DNA from: Vicinamibacterales bacterium
GTDB lineage: Bacteria > Acidobacteriota > Vicinamibacteria > Vicinamibacterales > UBA8438
Direction of reading: 5' to 3'
Length of the DNA: 64,000 nt
NCBI GenBank assembly: GCA_965206285.1
Contig: OZ242205.1
Span: 2,067,431 to 2,131,430 of the forward strand
This document shows, piece by piece, positions 31,502 to 40,732 of the stretch. The notes under the pieces are model-generated. The model ran no database searches. It was not told the origin of the DNA and saw only the letters and a program-made list of their open reading frames with translations. Position 1 is the stretch's first letter; each line of letters begins with the position of its first letter. A program made the translations under genes and the position numbers.

Positions 31502-32263
31502 GTGAAGTACGAAGTCTGGGTTGTCTTTCCCGACACTGAACGCGCGGCCACATCGGCGGTTCGCACTCAGCTACGAAGAGAGTGCCACGATCGCTCATGG
31601 CAGGTGCAGGAAAGGCCGAGTAGTATGCGGCGACTCAACGGCCGCCCGGTGCAACTTGTGACCGGCCTGGACGCAGCCAACCTCTACCGCCGCGCACACC
31701 GTGTCAAGGTGGCCGTGTTCGTTGCAGGAAAACCGCGCGTTCCCCTGAGTCCAGACGCTCCTATCACGATTGGACAGACGGTGGCACTCACTAGCTTCGT
31801 GCGTTACAAGGCCCATGCACGCCCACTGCCGACCGCAACTGCCCATGTATCAAGCCAGCTGGATTCCTGCGAGGTGTGGTACCGCAGTACCGAGTGCGAG
31901 GGCGGTCGCGACCCCCGGTGTCTCCCGCTTCACGTGTTCGCCACTGAGCGCACTGACCTGGACGAGCCGCAGCAACGGCAGGCCTTTGAGGATGATCACG
32001 GCACTGGTGCGTGCAGACTCGACAACAGACGTCTGACGTGGCGCCTTGACCCAAGGAGTTTTCACGGACGGGAGAGACTGCACGTTGCCGGTTACGAACT
32101 GCCCCCAGGATTCCACTGGGATGTCTCTGTGCAGAATGGCCCAAAGAAGCTCACGACCGGCACCGAACATTGGCAGGTTTCTCGATACATCAACATCGCT
32201 CCAGACGCCCATTTTCGAGGAAGAGAGCCCTACGCGCGGAAGATCAAGCGCCATCAGAACTGA
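31502..32263 (+). CDS. Hypothetical protein
   Basis: Open 253-codon frame from a GTG 17 bp after the LOTUS gene. Globular composition. DPRCLPLHVF and GFHWDV segments. Confidence 0.6.
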   Translation: MKYEVWVVFPDTERAATSAVRTQLRRECHDRSWQVQERPSSMRRLNGRPVQLVTGLDAANLYRRAHRVKVAVFVAGKPRVPLSPDAPITIGQTVALTSFVRYKAHARPLPTATAHVSSQLDSCEVWYRSTECEGGRDPRCLPLHVFATERTDLDEPQQRQAFEDDHGTGACRLDNRRLTWRLDPRSFHGRERLHVAGYELPPGFHWDVSVQNGPKKLTTGTEHWQVSRYINIAPDAHFRGREPYARKIKRHQN

Positions 32264-32596
32264 CATTGTTCCCGAGCTTTCCGTACATGAGAAAAGCTCG
32301 GATATCCCGAGCTTTCCTGAGTGGGGCTATTCATAGGACTTCCGCAACATCAGTGTGCGGAACCCGATCCAGGCGAGGGAATCACCAGGATTCCTGCCCC
32401 ACATCAATGCGCGGACCGGGCGCTCGACACAAATTCGTCGCTGAAGCTGGGCTTTGCGGGGAGCGACCCCACAGCCCCCCTCGGCACGGGCTTGACAGCG
32501 CCGCCTCCGAGATCAGACTGAGTTTACGCCAACCGTTGCGTGCGAGGCAACCCCCTTGCAGGCAGGTCTTTCCCGGAGGCGATGCGCTGTACCGCT

Positions 32597-32612
32597 CCCC
32601 CCCCCCCCCCCC
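32597..32612. repeat. C16 homopolymer
   Basis: Read directly from the sequence. Confidence 0.9.
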
Positions 32613-32805
32613 GGCGGCGTCCGACTCCACCGAGTCTACTTCGAAGCCGTGACAGCTCGCTCCGGCCGGAGATGCAGCCAGAGGGCCGAGGCCGAGCCAA
32701 AGCACGTGGGCGAGGAACAGGTGCGCCTAGCCTAGAGGGCGATGGGGGATAGCGGCGCCGGGACCAGGACCATTACCGGAGATCCCCGGCCGGTCGGGAC
32801 CCGCC

Positions 32806-33038
32806 ATCTCGCCCGGGGAAATGCTAATCGAGGAATTCATCAAGCCGCTCGGACTCCGGCAGCCCGAGGCTCGGCATTTCCGCGAACCGCCTCAACGAGG
32901 TCGTGCTCGGCAAGCGGCGGATCACCGCCGACACGGCCCTGCGATTGTCACGGCTGCTGAAGACGTCGCCCCAGTTCTGGATGCGGCTGCAGGCGGACTG
33001 GGACCTCCACCGGGCGACCGAGCGGGCCGCGTCGTAAG
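32806..33038 (+). pseudogene. higA: HigA-family antitoxin remnant, frameshifted
   Basis: PGEMLIEEFIKPLGL then LNEVVLGKRRITADTALRL...PQFWMRLQADWDL. Confidence 0.75.
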
Positions 33039-33078
33039 GCCCCGCGCTGTTCCTCGATACAAGACCGCCCAGACTGGT

Positions 33079-34005
33079 CTATTCCGGCTCGGACCGGAGG
33101 TGGAGCCAGAGGGCGAGCAGACCCAGCCAGAGCGCGTGGGCCAGGAACAGGTGCGCCATCTGCAGGGCGATGGGGGCGAGCAGCAGCGCGTCGAGGACCC
33201 CGACGGCCAGCCCGGTGGCGAAGACCGCGGCCACCAGACGGAACCGCGCCGGCACGCCGTCGGGATGCATCCGCGCGAGCCGCCGCCAGAGCCAGACGAG
33301 GTAGCCGCCGAACGCGAGGACGGCGACGGGGTGCCAGACGCGCAGCCGGATCAGGTAGTGGGCGCCGCGCGCGAAGTCGCTGCGCACCCCGTCGAGAAAC
33401 GACTCGGAAGGAAAGACGGTCGACGCCAGGGACGCGGCGGTGCCGAAGGCGCTGACCACGACCAGCCCCCCGAGAGCCGCCGCCACGAGCCGGTCGGGGC
33501 GGCGGGGGTCGAGAGCCGCCGCCGGCTCCCGCGGCCCCGACCACCACGCCGCGCATCCCAGCGCGCCCATCAGGAGATAGGTGTTGGTGAGGTGGACCGG
33601 CTGGACGAGGGCGCGGGCCAGGGAGACGTTCATGTCGACCCACTGGAAGATCACGAGGGCCGCCCCGATGAGGGCCTCGACGACCATGAAGAGCAGGGCG
33701 AGGGCCGCCCAGTAACGCGCCCGGTGGCCGGGGGGGAACCGGTAGCGCGACCAGCCGGCGAGGCCCGCAACGGCGAGCAGGGCGAGCCCGCTGGTCAGCC
33801 GGTGGGTGAACTCGACCAGGGTGTCGGCCGTATCCGCCGGCGTCGTCCCGGTCGAGGGCGAGAGCAGCTCGCCGCACAGCGGCCAGTCGTCGCCGCACCC
33901 GTCGCCGGCGCCGCTGGCGCTGACGTAGCCGCCCCACAGGACCACGAACAGCGTGAAGACGAGCGCCGCCCAGGCGGCCGCGGTGTAGGAGACGCGAGAG
34001 CTCAT
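33079..34005 (-). CDS. ctaA: COX15/CtaA heme A synthase family protein
   Basis: GAGDGCGDDWPLC, EFTHRL, EALIGA, VHL, WHP, MAHL. Multiple TM helices. Confidence 0.8.
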   Translation of the reverse strand: MSSRVSYTAAAWAALVFTLFVVLWGGYVSASGAGDGCGDDWPLCGELLSPSTGTTPADTADTLVEFTHRLTSGLALLAVAGLAGWSRYRFPPGHRARYWAALALLFMVVEALIGAALVIFQWVDMNVSLARALVQPVHLTNTYLLMGALGCAAWWSGPREPAAALDPRRPDRLVAAALGGLVVVSAFGTAASLASTVFPSESFLDGVRSDFARGAHYLIRLRVWHPVAVLAFGGYLVWLWRRLARMHPDGVPARFRLVAAVFATGLAVGVLDALLLAPIALQMAHLFLAHALWLGLLALWLHLRSEPE

Positions 34006-34174
34006 GGCGCGGACATCCGCACGAACAGCGTGAAGACGAGCGCCGCCCGGGCGGCCGCGGCGCAGGAAACGCGAGGGCTCATGGCGCGGACATCCGAACG
34101 AACGGCGTGAAGGCGAGCGCCGCCCGGGCGGCCGCGGTGCAGGAGACGCGAGGGATCATGGCGCGGATGTCCGC
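33944..34174 (-). repeat. Three tandem 77-bp repeats spanning the ctaA start codon
   Basis: Copies start at 33944, 34021 and 34098 (acgaac.gcgtgaag.cgagcgccgccc...tcatggcgcgga..tccg). Confidence 0.95.
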
Positions 34175-34240
34175 GGCGCGCCGGCCCGGGACCGTCGCCT
34201 TGCGGCTCCGCCCGACCGACCCGCCGGCGGCCACTCCGTG

Positions 34241-35941
34241 CTACGGCGCAACGGCCCGCTCGGGCAGCGCGAACACGTACACCGCGTTGGGCCGGCCGCC
34301 GCCCACCGGCGCCGCCAGATACTGCCGCCCGTCGACCGCGTAGGTGATCGGGAAGCCCTGCACCGAGCCGGGCAGGCGGGTCCGGAACAGCACGTCGCCG
34401 GTCTCCACATCGTGTATGAACAAGTTGCGGTCGGTGTCGGCGCTCACGACCAGCCCCCCGGCCGTGGTCAGGGCCGCGGCTCCGGGGCGAGTGGCCATCG
34501 AGTGGCGCCAGCGGATCTCGCCGGTGTCGATGTCCATCGCGATGAGGTGGCCGGCGTGCTCGCCGCTGTCGGGGTGCACGCGGCTGCCCCGCGAGAACCA
34601 GCCCCGGTCGGCGTAGTAGTCGTTCCCCTCGACCTGCTCCAGCTCGGTGAACATGCCCCGCACGCAGGTCGGATGGATGGGAATGTAGAGCACCTGCGTC
34701 CCGGGGTGGTAGGCGCTCGCGCGCCAGTTGCGGACGCCGCCGAAGTCGGGGCAGAAATCGAGCTCGACCCCGGCCACCGGAATCATGTCGGGCCGGTAGA
34801 TCACCTCGCCGGTCGCGGGGTCGACGTCGAGCACGTTCTGATAGCCGAGGTCGTGGGCGGCCACGAACGCGCCGGTCACCCGGTCGAGCTCCCACAGGAT
34901 GCCGTGCTTGCCCATCTTGAAGAGCGACTTCCGCCCCCGGTGGTCGATGAGCACGCTCTCGAACACGTCGTCGAGGTCGTGGGTCTCGCCGGGCACGAAC
35001 TGGTAGTACCACGCCAGCTCGCCGGTCGCGGGGTCGAGGGCGAGGACGCTGTTCGTGTACAACGCGTCGCCGTCGGTCTTGCGCGACAAGCGGGCCCAGG
35101 GCTTGGCCTGCGAGGTCGACCAGTAGGTGAGGTTCGTCTCGGGGTCGTAGCTGCCGGGGATCCACGAGTCGGCGCCGGCGCGGAACGTCAGGGGCAGGTC
35201 GCCCCAGGTGTCGCCGCCCGGCTCGCCGGGGCGCGCGATGGTCGACGTGCGCCACACCTGCTCGCCCGTCTCGGGGTCGTGGGCGGAGATGAAGCAGACG
35301 TCGTTCTTGTAGTTCTGGCACCCCGTCATGCCGGCCACGATGCGGCCGTTCACCACGATTGGCCCGCTGGTGTAGCGGTAGCCCAGCCGGAAGTCGGCGA
35401 CGGTATGGTCCCACGCGACCTCGCCGGTCCGCGCGTCGAGGGCCACGATGTGGGCGTCGGAGGTGTTGACGTAGATCTTGTCGCCGTAGATGGCGATGGA
35501 CCGGGTGCGCACGCCCGCCCCCACCGCCTCGAGCGCGTCCGACGCCTCGAACCGCCGCCGGTACTCCCAGAGGCGGTCGCCGGTGACCGCGTCGACGGCC
35601 TGCACGATGCCGGGGCTGGGGATGAACATCACCCCGTCGTGCACGAGGGGCGCCGCCTGGATCAGCCCGGGTGCGAGCGGCCACGCCCAGACGAGCTGCA
35701 GCTGATCGACGTTCTCGCGGTCGATCTGGTCGAGGGGGCTGTAGCCCCAGCCGTCGAGGGTGCGCCGCCAGTTCAGCCAGTCGGCGGGGTCGGGGTTCTG
35801 CAGCATGGCGTCGGTGACCGGCGTGAACGCCGGCTCCTGGGCGCCGGCCGCCGCGCCGCCGAAACCCACGACGAGCGCCGTCGCCGCGGCGCCGATCCGT
35901 CTCGCGAACCGATTGCACGCGCGCCCGGTTGGAACTGTCAT
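34241..35941 (-). CDS. PQQ-dependent dehydrogenase / PQQ beta-propeller protein
   Basis: Signal peptide, WLNWRRTLDGWGYSPLDQI, YDPETNL, WYYQFVPGETHDLD, PITYAVDGRQY. Confidence 0.85.
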   Translation of the reverse strand: MTVPTGRACNRFARRIGAAATALVVGFGGAAAGAQEPAFTPVTDAMLQNPDPADWLNWRRTLDGWGYSPLDQIDRENVDQLQLVWAWPLAPGLIQAAPLVHDGVMFIPSPGIVQAVDAVTGDRLWEYRRRFEASDALEAVGAGVRTRSIAIYGDKIYVNTSDAHIVALDARTGEVAWDHTVADFRLGYRYTSGPIVVNGRIVAGMTGCQNYKNDVCFISAHDPETGEQVWRTSTIARPGEPGGDTWGDLPLTFRAGADSWIPGSYDPETNLTYWSTSQAKPWARLSRKTDGDALYTNSVLALDPATGELAWYYQFVPGETHDLDDVFESVLIDHRGRKSLFKMGKHGILWELDRVTGAFVAAHDLGYQNVLDVDPATGEVIYRPDMIPVAGVELDFCPDFGGVRNWRASAYHPGTQVLYIPIHPTCVRGMFTELEQVEGNDYYADRGWFSRGSRVHPDSGEHAGHLIAMDIDTGEIRWRHSMATRPGAAALTTAGGLVVSADTDRNLFIHDVETGDVLFRTRLPGSVQGFPITYAVDGRQYLAAPVGGGRPNAVYVFALPERAVAP

Positions 35942-36230
35942 GGAAAGCCCTCCCCCATCTTGCGTCTACCCAACTATAGCCGACACCCTGTCTCTGCCGC
36001 CGCGAGCCTCGACGATACGCGGGGATGGTCGCCGGCCGACGGTCCCCTGCGCCAGTTGGCGGCGTCCGTCCGGGCCGGGAGTCCGGCGCTTGGGCCTCGT
36101 TCTCCGGCTCATCCAGACTGGGGTGGAACCGAACTCACGGGTTCGGCGTCGTCCGACGGCAGCCGACGGTCGTCGAGTCGTTGGCGCGCTGCCGGTCGTC
36201 TCGTGCCCCGGATCGGCACGGACCTCGTCC

Positions 36231-36788
36231 TCATGACGAGAAGATGTCGTCCAGGTGGAGCTTGAGGCCAGCGAGGAGGGGGGAGCGGAGCGTCTCTTCC
36301 CGGCCGAAGGTCTGGGTGGCCGCCAGCTTGCCCGCTTGCTGGCGATGGATCGAGACGGTCTCGGCGATCGGGTCGACCAGCCAGTACTCGGTCACGCCGT
36401 GCCTGCCGTAGAGTTCGCGCTTGACCCCCCGGTCCTTGTCCGCCGTCGACGGCAACAGAATCTCGATCGCCAGATCCGGCGCACCCCGCACGTTCTCGCC
36501 GCCGCTCAGTAGATGCTCGTGTTGCCGGGAGACGAACAGAAGGTCTGGCTGCACCACGTTGGTGTCGGAGAGCACCACGTCGCAGGGGGCGATGAACATC
36601 TTGCCCAAGTTCTGCTCCTCGACAAAGCTTGCCAGTCGTCTTGCCAACTGCAGCTGCACGGTTTGGTGCTTCAGATTCGGGGCGGGAACCATGATCAGAT
36701 CACCGTCGAGCAACTCGTACCGCTCGTCCGCTGGCGTGGTGCGGTAGTCCTCGTACGTGAACTTGACGACGGGTTGCGTGGTGGCCAC
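36231..36788 (-). CDS. Uma2-family endonuclease
   Basis: RYELLDG, VQPDLLFV, GAPDLAIEI, YGRHGVTEYWLVDP. Confidence 0.9.
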   Translation of the reverse strand: MATTQPVVKFTYEDYRTTPADERYELLDGDLIMVPAPNLKHQTVQLQLARRLASFVEEQNLGKMFIAPCDVVLSDTNVVQPDLLFVSRQHEHLLSGGENVRGAPDLAIEILLPSTADKDRGVKRELYGRHGVTEYWLVDPIAETVSIHRQQAGKLAATQTFGREETLRSPLLAGLKLHLDDIFSS

Positions 36789-37027
36789 GTCGGTGTTCTC
36801 CCGTTCCTCGATAGTCGCGGGACCATCATAGCTCGTCCGAGGGCGCCGGGATCGGCGTCTCAGCTCGTCGCGCTTCGGCGTGCGGCGTCGGTCGGCGACA
36901 GCACCGTCGGGCGACTCGTGCCGTCACCGGTGGGGCCGGTGCAGGGGTCGGATCCGCGACGATCGAGACCTCGTCGGATGCGGTGTTCGGGGGTGCGGGT
37001 GCGGCGGTTGGGCGGCGCGGCAGCCGC

Positions 37028-37326
37028 GTCGTCAACCACGACGACCTCGCGCGCGACGCCGGCGTGTCCGCGGGCACCGCCAAGAGCTGGCTGAGCCTGC
37101 TGGAGGACGGGTTCCTCGGCGGCAGCCCGAGAACCGCTACGATGCGCTCGCCATCGAGGTCCTCGGACCGGATGGACACAAGCTGGGCTACGTGCCCCGC
37201 CGGCGCAACGAGATGCCCGCCCGGCTGATGGACGCCGGCAAGCGCCTGTCCGCGCGGACGGAATCGCTCGCGCAGCGAGGCAGCTGGCTGAACATCGAGG
37301 TCTCGCTGTACCTGGACGATGCCTGA
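37028..37326 (+). pseudogene. Fused remnants: AAA/DUF4143-like HTH piece plus HIRAN-domain C-terminus
   Basis: VVNHDDLARDAGVSAGTAKSWLSLLE; PENRYDALAIEV...KLGYVPR. Confidence 0.55.
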
Positions 37327-37577
37327 ACCGCCCCGTGGACGGCGGAGGCGCCCGGTCCAAGGCGGACCCAGGCGGTCCGATGCCCGAGCCCGAGCGGGAC
37401 CCGGCAGCATGGCGAAGTGGCTGCATGAACGGCTGGGCAGATACCAAGCGGTGGTCAGCGAGGACAGGCCCCGACGACCGCACCGGCCGACCGTCGGCTG
37501 CTACAATGGGCGCTCTTCCAGGGACATCCACGCGTTCGTGACGGCCGCCGTCCCGGATCTCGACCAGGAGGTTGCCC

Positions 37578-38564
37578 ATGCCCCGTCGATTGTTCAAGTC
37601 TGCCCGCTCCCTCGTGCTCGTTTCCGCCGTTCTCGCCCTGTTCCCGTCCGTCGCCGCCTCGCAGGCGCCGACCCTCCGGACCCCGGACGGCCACCCGGAC
37701 CTGCAGGGCGTCTGGAACTTCTCGACCGCGACGCCGATGGAACGGCCCGAAGACCTCGCCGAGCTGGCGGAGCTGACGGCGGAGGAAGCCGCCGCGTGGG
37801 AGCAGCGGCTGGCGGAGCAGCGCGCGGCCAACGAGTCGGAACGCGAGGACGCGCCGCTGGGCGCGCGCCTCGGCTACTCGGTCCGCGTCTGGTTCGAGCA
37901 CGGGCATACGCTGACCGATCAGCGGACGTCGCTGGTGGTCGATCCGCCGGACGGACGCATTCCCCCCGTGCTGCCGGTCGTGGACGAGCGGGCGGAAGCC
38001 CGCCGCATCCTGCGCAATCGGCACGCCCACGGACCCGAGGATCGCGGCTTCTCGGAACGCTGCCTGCTCGGGTTCAACTCGGGGCCGCCGATGACGCCGA
38101 GCGCCTACAACAACAACGTGCAGCTCTTCCAGAGCGCCGACCACGTGGTCATCCTCAACGAGATGGTGCACAACGCGCGCATCGTCCCCCTCGACGGGCG
38201 TCCCCACCTGCCCGGGCAGCTGCGGCAGTGGGTCGGTAACTCGCGGGCCCGGTGGGAGGGCGACAGCCTCGTCGTCGAGACGCGGAACTTCCTCGGCGAG
38301 ACGTCGCTGGGGGGATCGAGCGCCAACCTGCAGCTCGTCGAGCGCTTCACGCGGGCGGACGCCGACACCCTGATCTACGAGTTCACGGTGGACGATCCGA
38401 CGAGTTGGACGCGGCCCTGGACAGCGCAGGTGCTGATGGCCCGCACCGACGAACCGTTGTACGAGTACGCCTGCCACGAGGGCAACTACTCGATGGCCAG
38501 CTCGCTCTCGGGCGCGCGCGCCATGGAGGCGCGCGAGGCCGCCGAGGGCGGCGGATCGCAGTAG
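37578..38564 (+). CDS. Secreted hypothetical protein of the multi-copy family (intact, diverged)
   Basis: Signal peptide, PDLQGVWNF, RTSLVVDPPDGRIP, ERCLLG, YEYACHEGN. Confidence 0.8.
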   Translation: MPRRLFKSARSLVLVSAVLALFPSVAASQAPTLRTPDGHPDLQGVWNFSTATPMERPEDLAELAELTAEEAAAWEQRLAEQRAANESEREDAPLGARLGYSVRVWFEHGHTLTDQRTSLVVDPPDGRIPPVLPVVDERAEARRILRNRHAHGPEDRGFSERCLLGFNSGPPMTPSAYNNNVQLFQSADHVVILNEMVHNARIVPLDGRPHLPGQLRQWVGNSRARWEGDSLVVETRNFLGETSLGGSSANLQLVERFTRADADTLIYEFTVDDPTSWTRPWTAQVLMARTDEPLYEYACHEGNYSMASSLSGARAMEAREAAEGGGSQ

Positions 38565-38830
38565 TCCGGCCGCCGACGCCGCCAGGACGGGCCACTTTGA
38601 CGGCGGCTTCGCCGCGGGGGCGAAAAGAAGTCGATCCAGCGGGAAGTATCCGGCAGGATCAGCACTCTTCGAGACGCTCCAGCTCATCGTTCGTGTACCG
38701 GAGGTCCACCTTCCCCGCCGGAGCGGTGTCCGTTTGACCGTCGGGCAACGCCGGGCCCGGCCGGGCCAACCGGTCGATGCGATGGCGCAGCCTGCTGCTA
38801 CTTCTGCCGAGCCGGCGGCAGGACGAGGAG

Positions 38831-40045
38831 TCAACAACGCCCGTGGCTCGGCTGGAGGACCCCCTCTCTGACCAGTCGCGTCACCAGGGTCAGCTTCCCT
38901 TCGGCATCCAGACAGTCGGGCAGGTCCTGGACGGCGAACTCGTCGGCCGTCGCGGCGAACTGCAGGGCCGGCCACACGCCGGCCGGCAGCCTGAGCTCGC
39001 GGCCACAGAACCGGAGGAGGCACGTCTCGCCCTCCGTCACGGCTTCGGTGAGCAGCCCGGCGCGGCGTCTCACCCGCGAGCGGGGCGTCAGCCGGTCTCC
39101 GCGGAGCCGCTGGCCGAGCAGGTCGGTGAACAGCGGTACGTCGGTGGCCAGGATCTCGTCCGTGAAGCGGCGCCACACGACCTCGGGATCGAACCGCGAC
39201 TGCACCAACGCCAGCTTCTCGCCGAACAGACGCGCTCGCTCGGCGACGGGAACCCCCCCGCGAGCGAACTCGCGAGGGAGATTCCGGCGCAGCGATTCTT
39301 CCTCGATCGCCGCCGCGGTGACGCTCTCGACGAGGAACTCGGCCCAGGTGAACGCCGTGAGCCCGAGCGTGACGTGCAACGACGCCTCACCCGTCGAACG
39401 GGCCGAGTGCATCAGGCCGCGCGGCAGGTAGACGGCGCTGCCCGGGCCGAGCTCGAACTCGTCGCTGACGTCGCCGGGAGGCGTGCCGCGTTCGAAGCCC
39501 TGGCCCCGGAGCGGCAGTCTCACCTTGGTGTCGTAGATCGACCAGCGCTTCGTGCCGTTGATCTGCAGCACGAAGACGTCGTGGGTGTCCCAGTGCGGGG
39601 CGAATCCCTGCGCGTCGGGCGGCGTGAGATACACGTTGGTCTGGACCCGCGACGAGAAGCGCCGCCCGAGCGCGACGCACAGCCGGGCCAGCGCCGGCAC
39701 GCGCTTGTGGAGCTGGTTGAAGACGACGGTCGCGCCGTCGTCGAAGCGCCTCGCGACCTCGAGCGGATGGATCTTGCCGGCGTCGTTCGCGTACTCGCGG
39801 GGGGGGACGTCGCCGTCGCCCCGGACCAGGCTGATGTCGCGATGGCCGGCCGAGTGGGTGCCCAGCACGAGGTCGAGGTCGGTCACCGACAGGAGCTCGG
39901 CGTAGTACGGGGACGCCATGCGCCGGATGTGGAAGAGCCGTTGCTCGTAGTAGTCGCGTTCGAACTCCGCGGTCGGCAGCGGATCGATGAGCCAGGCGTA
40001 CCAGTCGCGGTCTGTCGCCGGTCCTGGCCTGGTGTGGTCCGTCAT
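38831..40045 (-). CDS. JmjC/Cupin_4 Fe(II)/2-oxoglutarate oxygenase (YcfD/NO66-like)
   Basis: NVYLTP, FAPHWDTHDVFVLQ..GTKRW (HxD, K), YLPRGLMHSA (distal His). C-terminal LVREGVL helix. Confidence 0.85.
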   Translation of the reverse strand: MTDHTRPGPATDRDWYAWLIDPLPTAEFERDYYEQRLFHIRRMASPYYAELLSVTDLDLVLGTHSAGHRDISLVRGDGDVPPREYANDAGKIHPLEVARRFDDGATVVFNQLHKRVPALARLCVALGRRFSSRVQTNVYLTPPDAQGFAPHWDTHDVFVLQINGTKRWSIYDTKVRLPLRGQGFERGTPPGDVSDEFELGPGSAVYLPRGLMHSARSTGEASLHVTLGLTAFTWAEFLVESVTAAAIEEESLRRNLPREFARGGVPVAERARLFGEKLALVQSRFDPEVVWRRFTDEILATDVPLFTDLLGQRLRGDRLTPRSRVRRRAGLLTEAVTEGETCLLRFCGRELRLPAGVWPALQFAATADEFAVQDLPDCLDAEGKLTLVTRLVREGVLQPSHGRC

Positions 40046-40191
40046 CAGTATGAGCGCTCCGTGCAAGGCGACCGATTGGTACTTCGTTCTCGCGCGATGG
40101 TCATGGCGGTCGCGTCACAGCTTGACAACCATGGCACGCGCCCCTAGGATACTGGGACTCATTCTCATCTTTCAAGCTCAGGAGAAACGTC

Positions 40192-40470
40192 ATGCGCAAA
40201 CCGGAAAACCGGAAGCCCGACGCGAATCATCAGGGGTCGCCGACGTCGCTGACGGACGCCGACATCACCACCGTCCGGGTCGATCGCCGCTCGTTTCTCT
40301 CGCGTGCGGTCGCGGCCGGCTCGATCGCGGTGGGTGCCGCCATGACCGCGGCCTGCCCCGGCGGGACCGACTCCGACGGCGAGGGCGATGCCGGCTCCCC
40401 GGCGACCGACTCCGACTCCCAGGAAACCGAGTCCGAGTCCCCGGCCACCGATTCCGACAGCGCCCCCTGA
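40192..40470 (+). CDS. 92-aa Tat-signal/lipobox peptide with acidic core containing three TDSD repeats
   Basis: AGGAG RBS, DRRSFL twin-arginine motif, hydrophobic stretch, TAA-C lipobox-like site, core PGGTDSDGEGDAGSPATDSDSQETESESPATDSDSAP. Confidence 0.75.
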   Translation: MRKPENRKPDANHQGSPTSLTDADITTVRVDRRSFLSRAVAAGSIAVGAAMTAACPGGTDSDGEGDAGSPATDSDSQETESESPATDSDSAP

Positions 40471-40732
40471 GCCCGAGGGCAGCGACCGGCATGAGGTTGC
40501 CGACCGCACCACGGGGCAGCCCGTCTTCGACCGTTTCGGGTGCTTGGCACACGGCAAGGTAACCTCCGACAGCACCCCCTGAGCAGCCCTCGCGACGCCC
40601 GCCTGCGGTCCCCGGCCCGGGCCGGGCGCTCGCGAACCCGCGAGCCGCAGCGGACGGCTCCTCGCGCGGCGCCGTCCGGCGAGATCCCGCCAACCCGGGG
40701 GCGGGGGCTTCCGTCCCGAGACGCGACCGGAC

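Noticed and set aside
33944..34174. CRISPR array
   Set aside because: The repeats are contiguous 77-mers with no unique spacers, and no cas genes are in the window.
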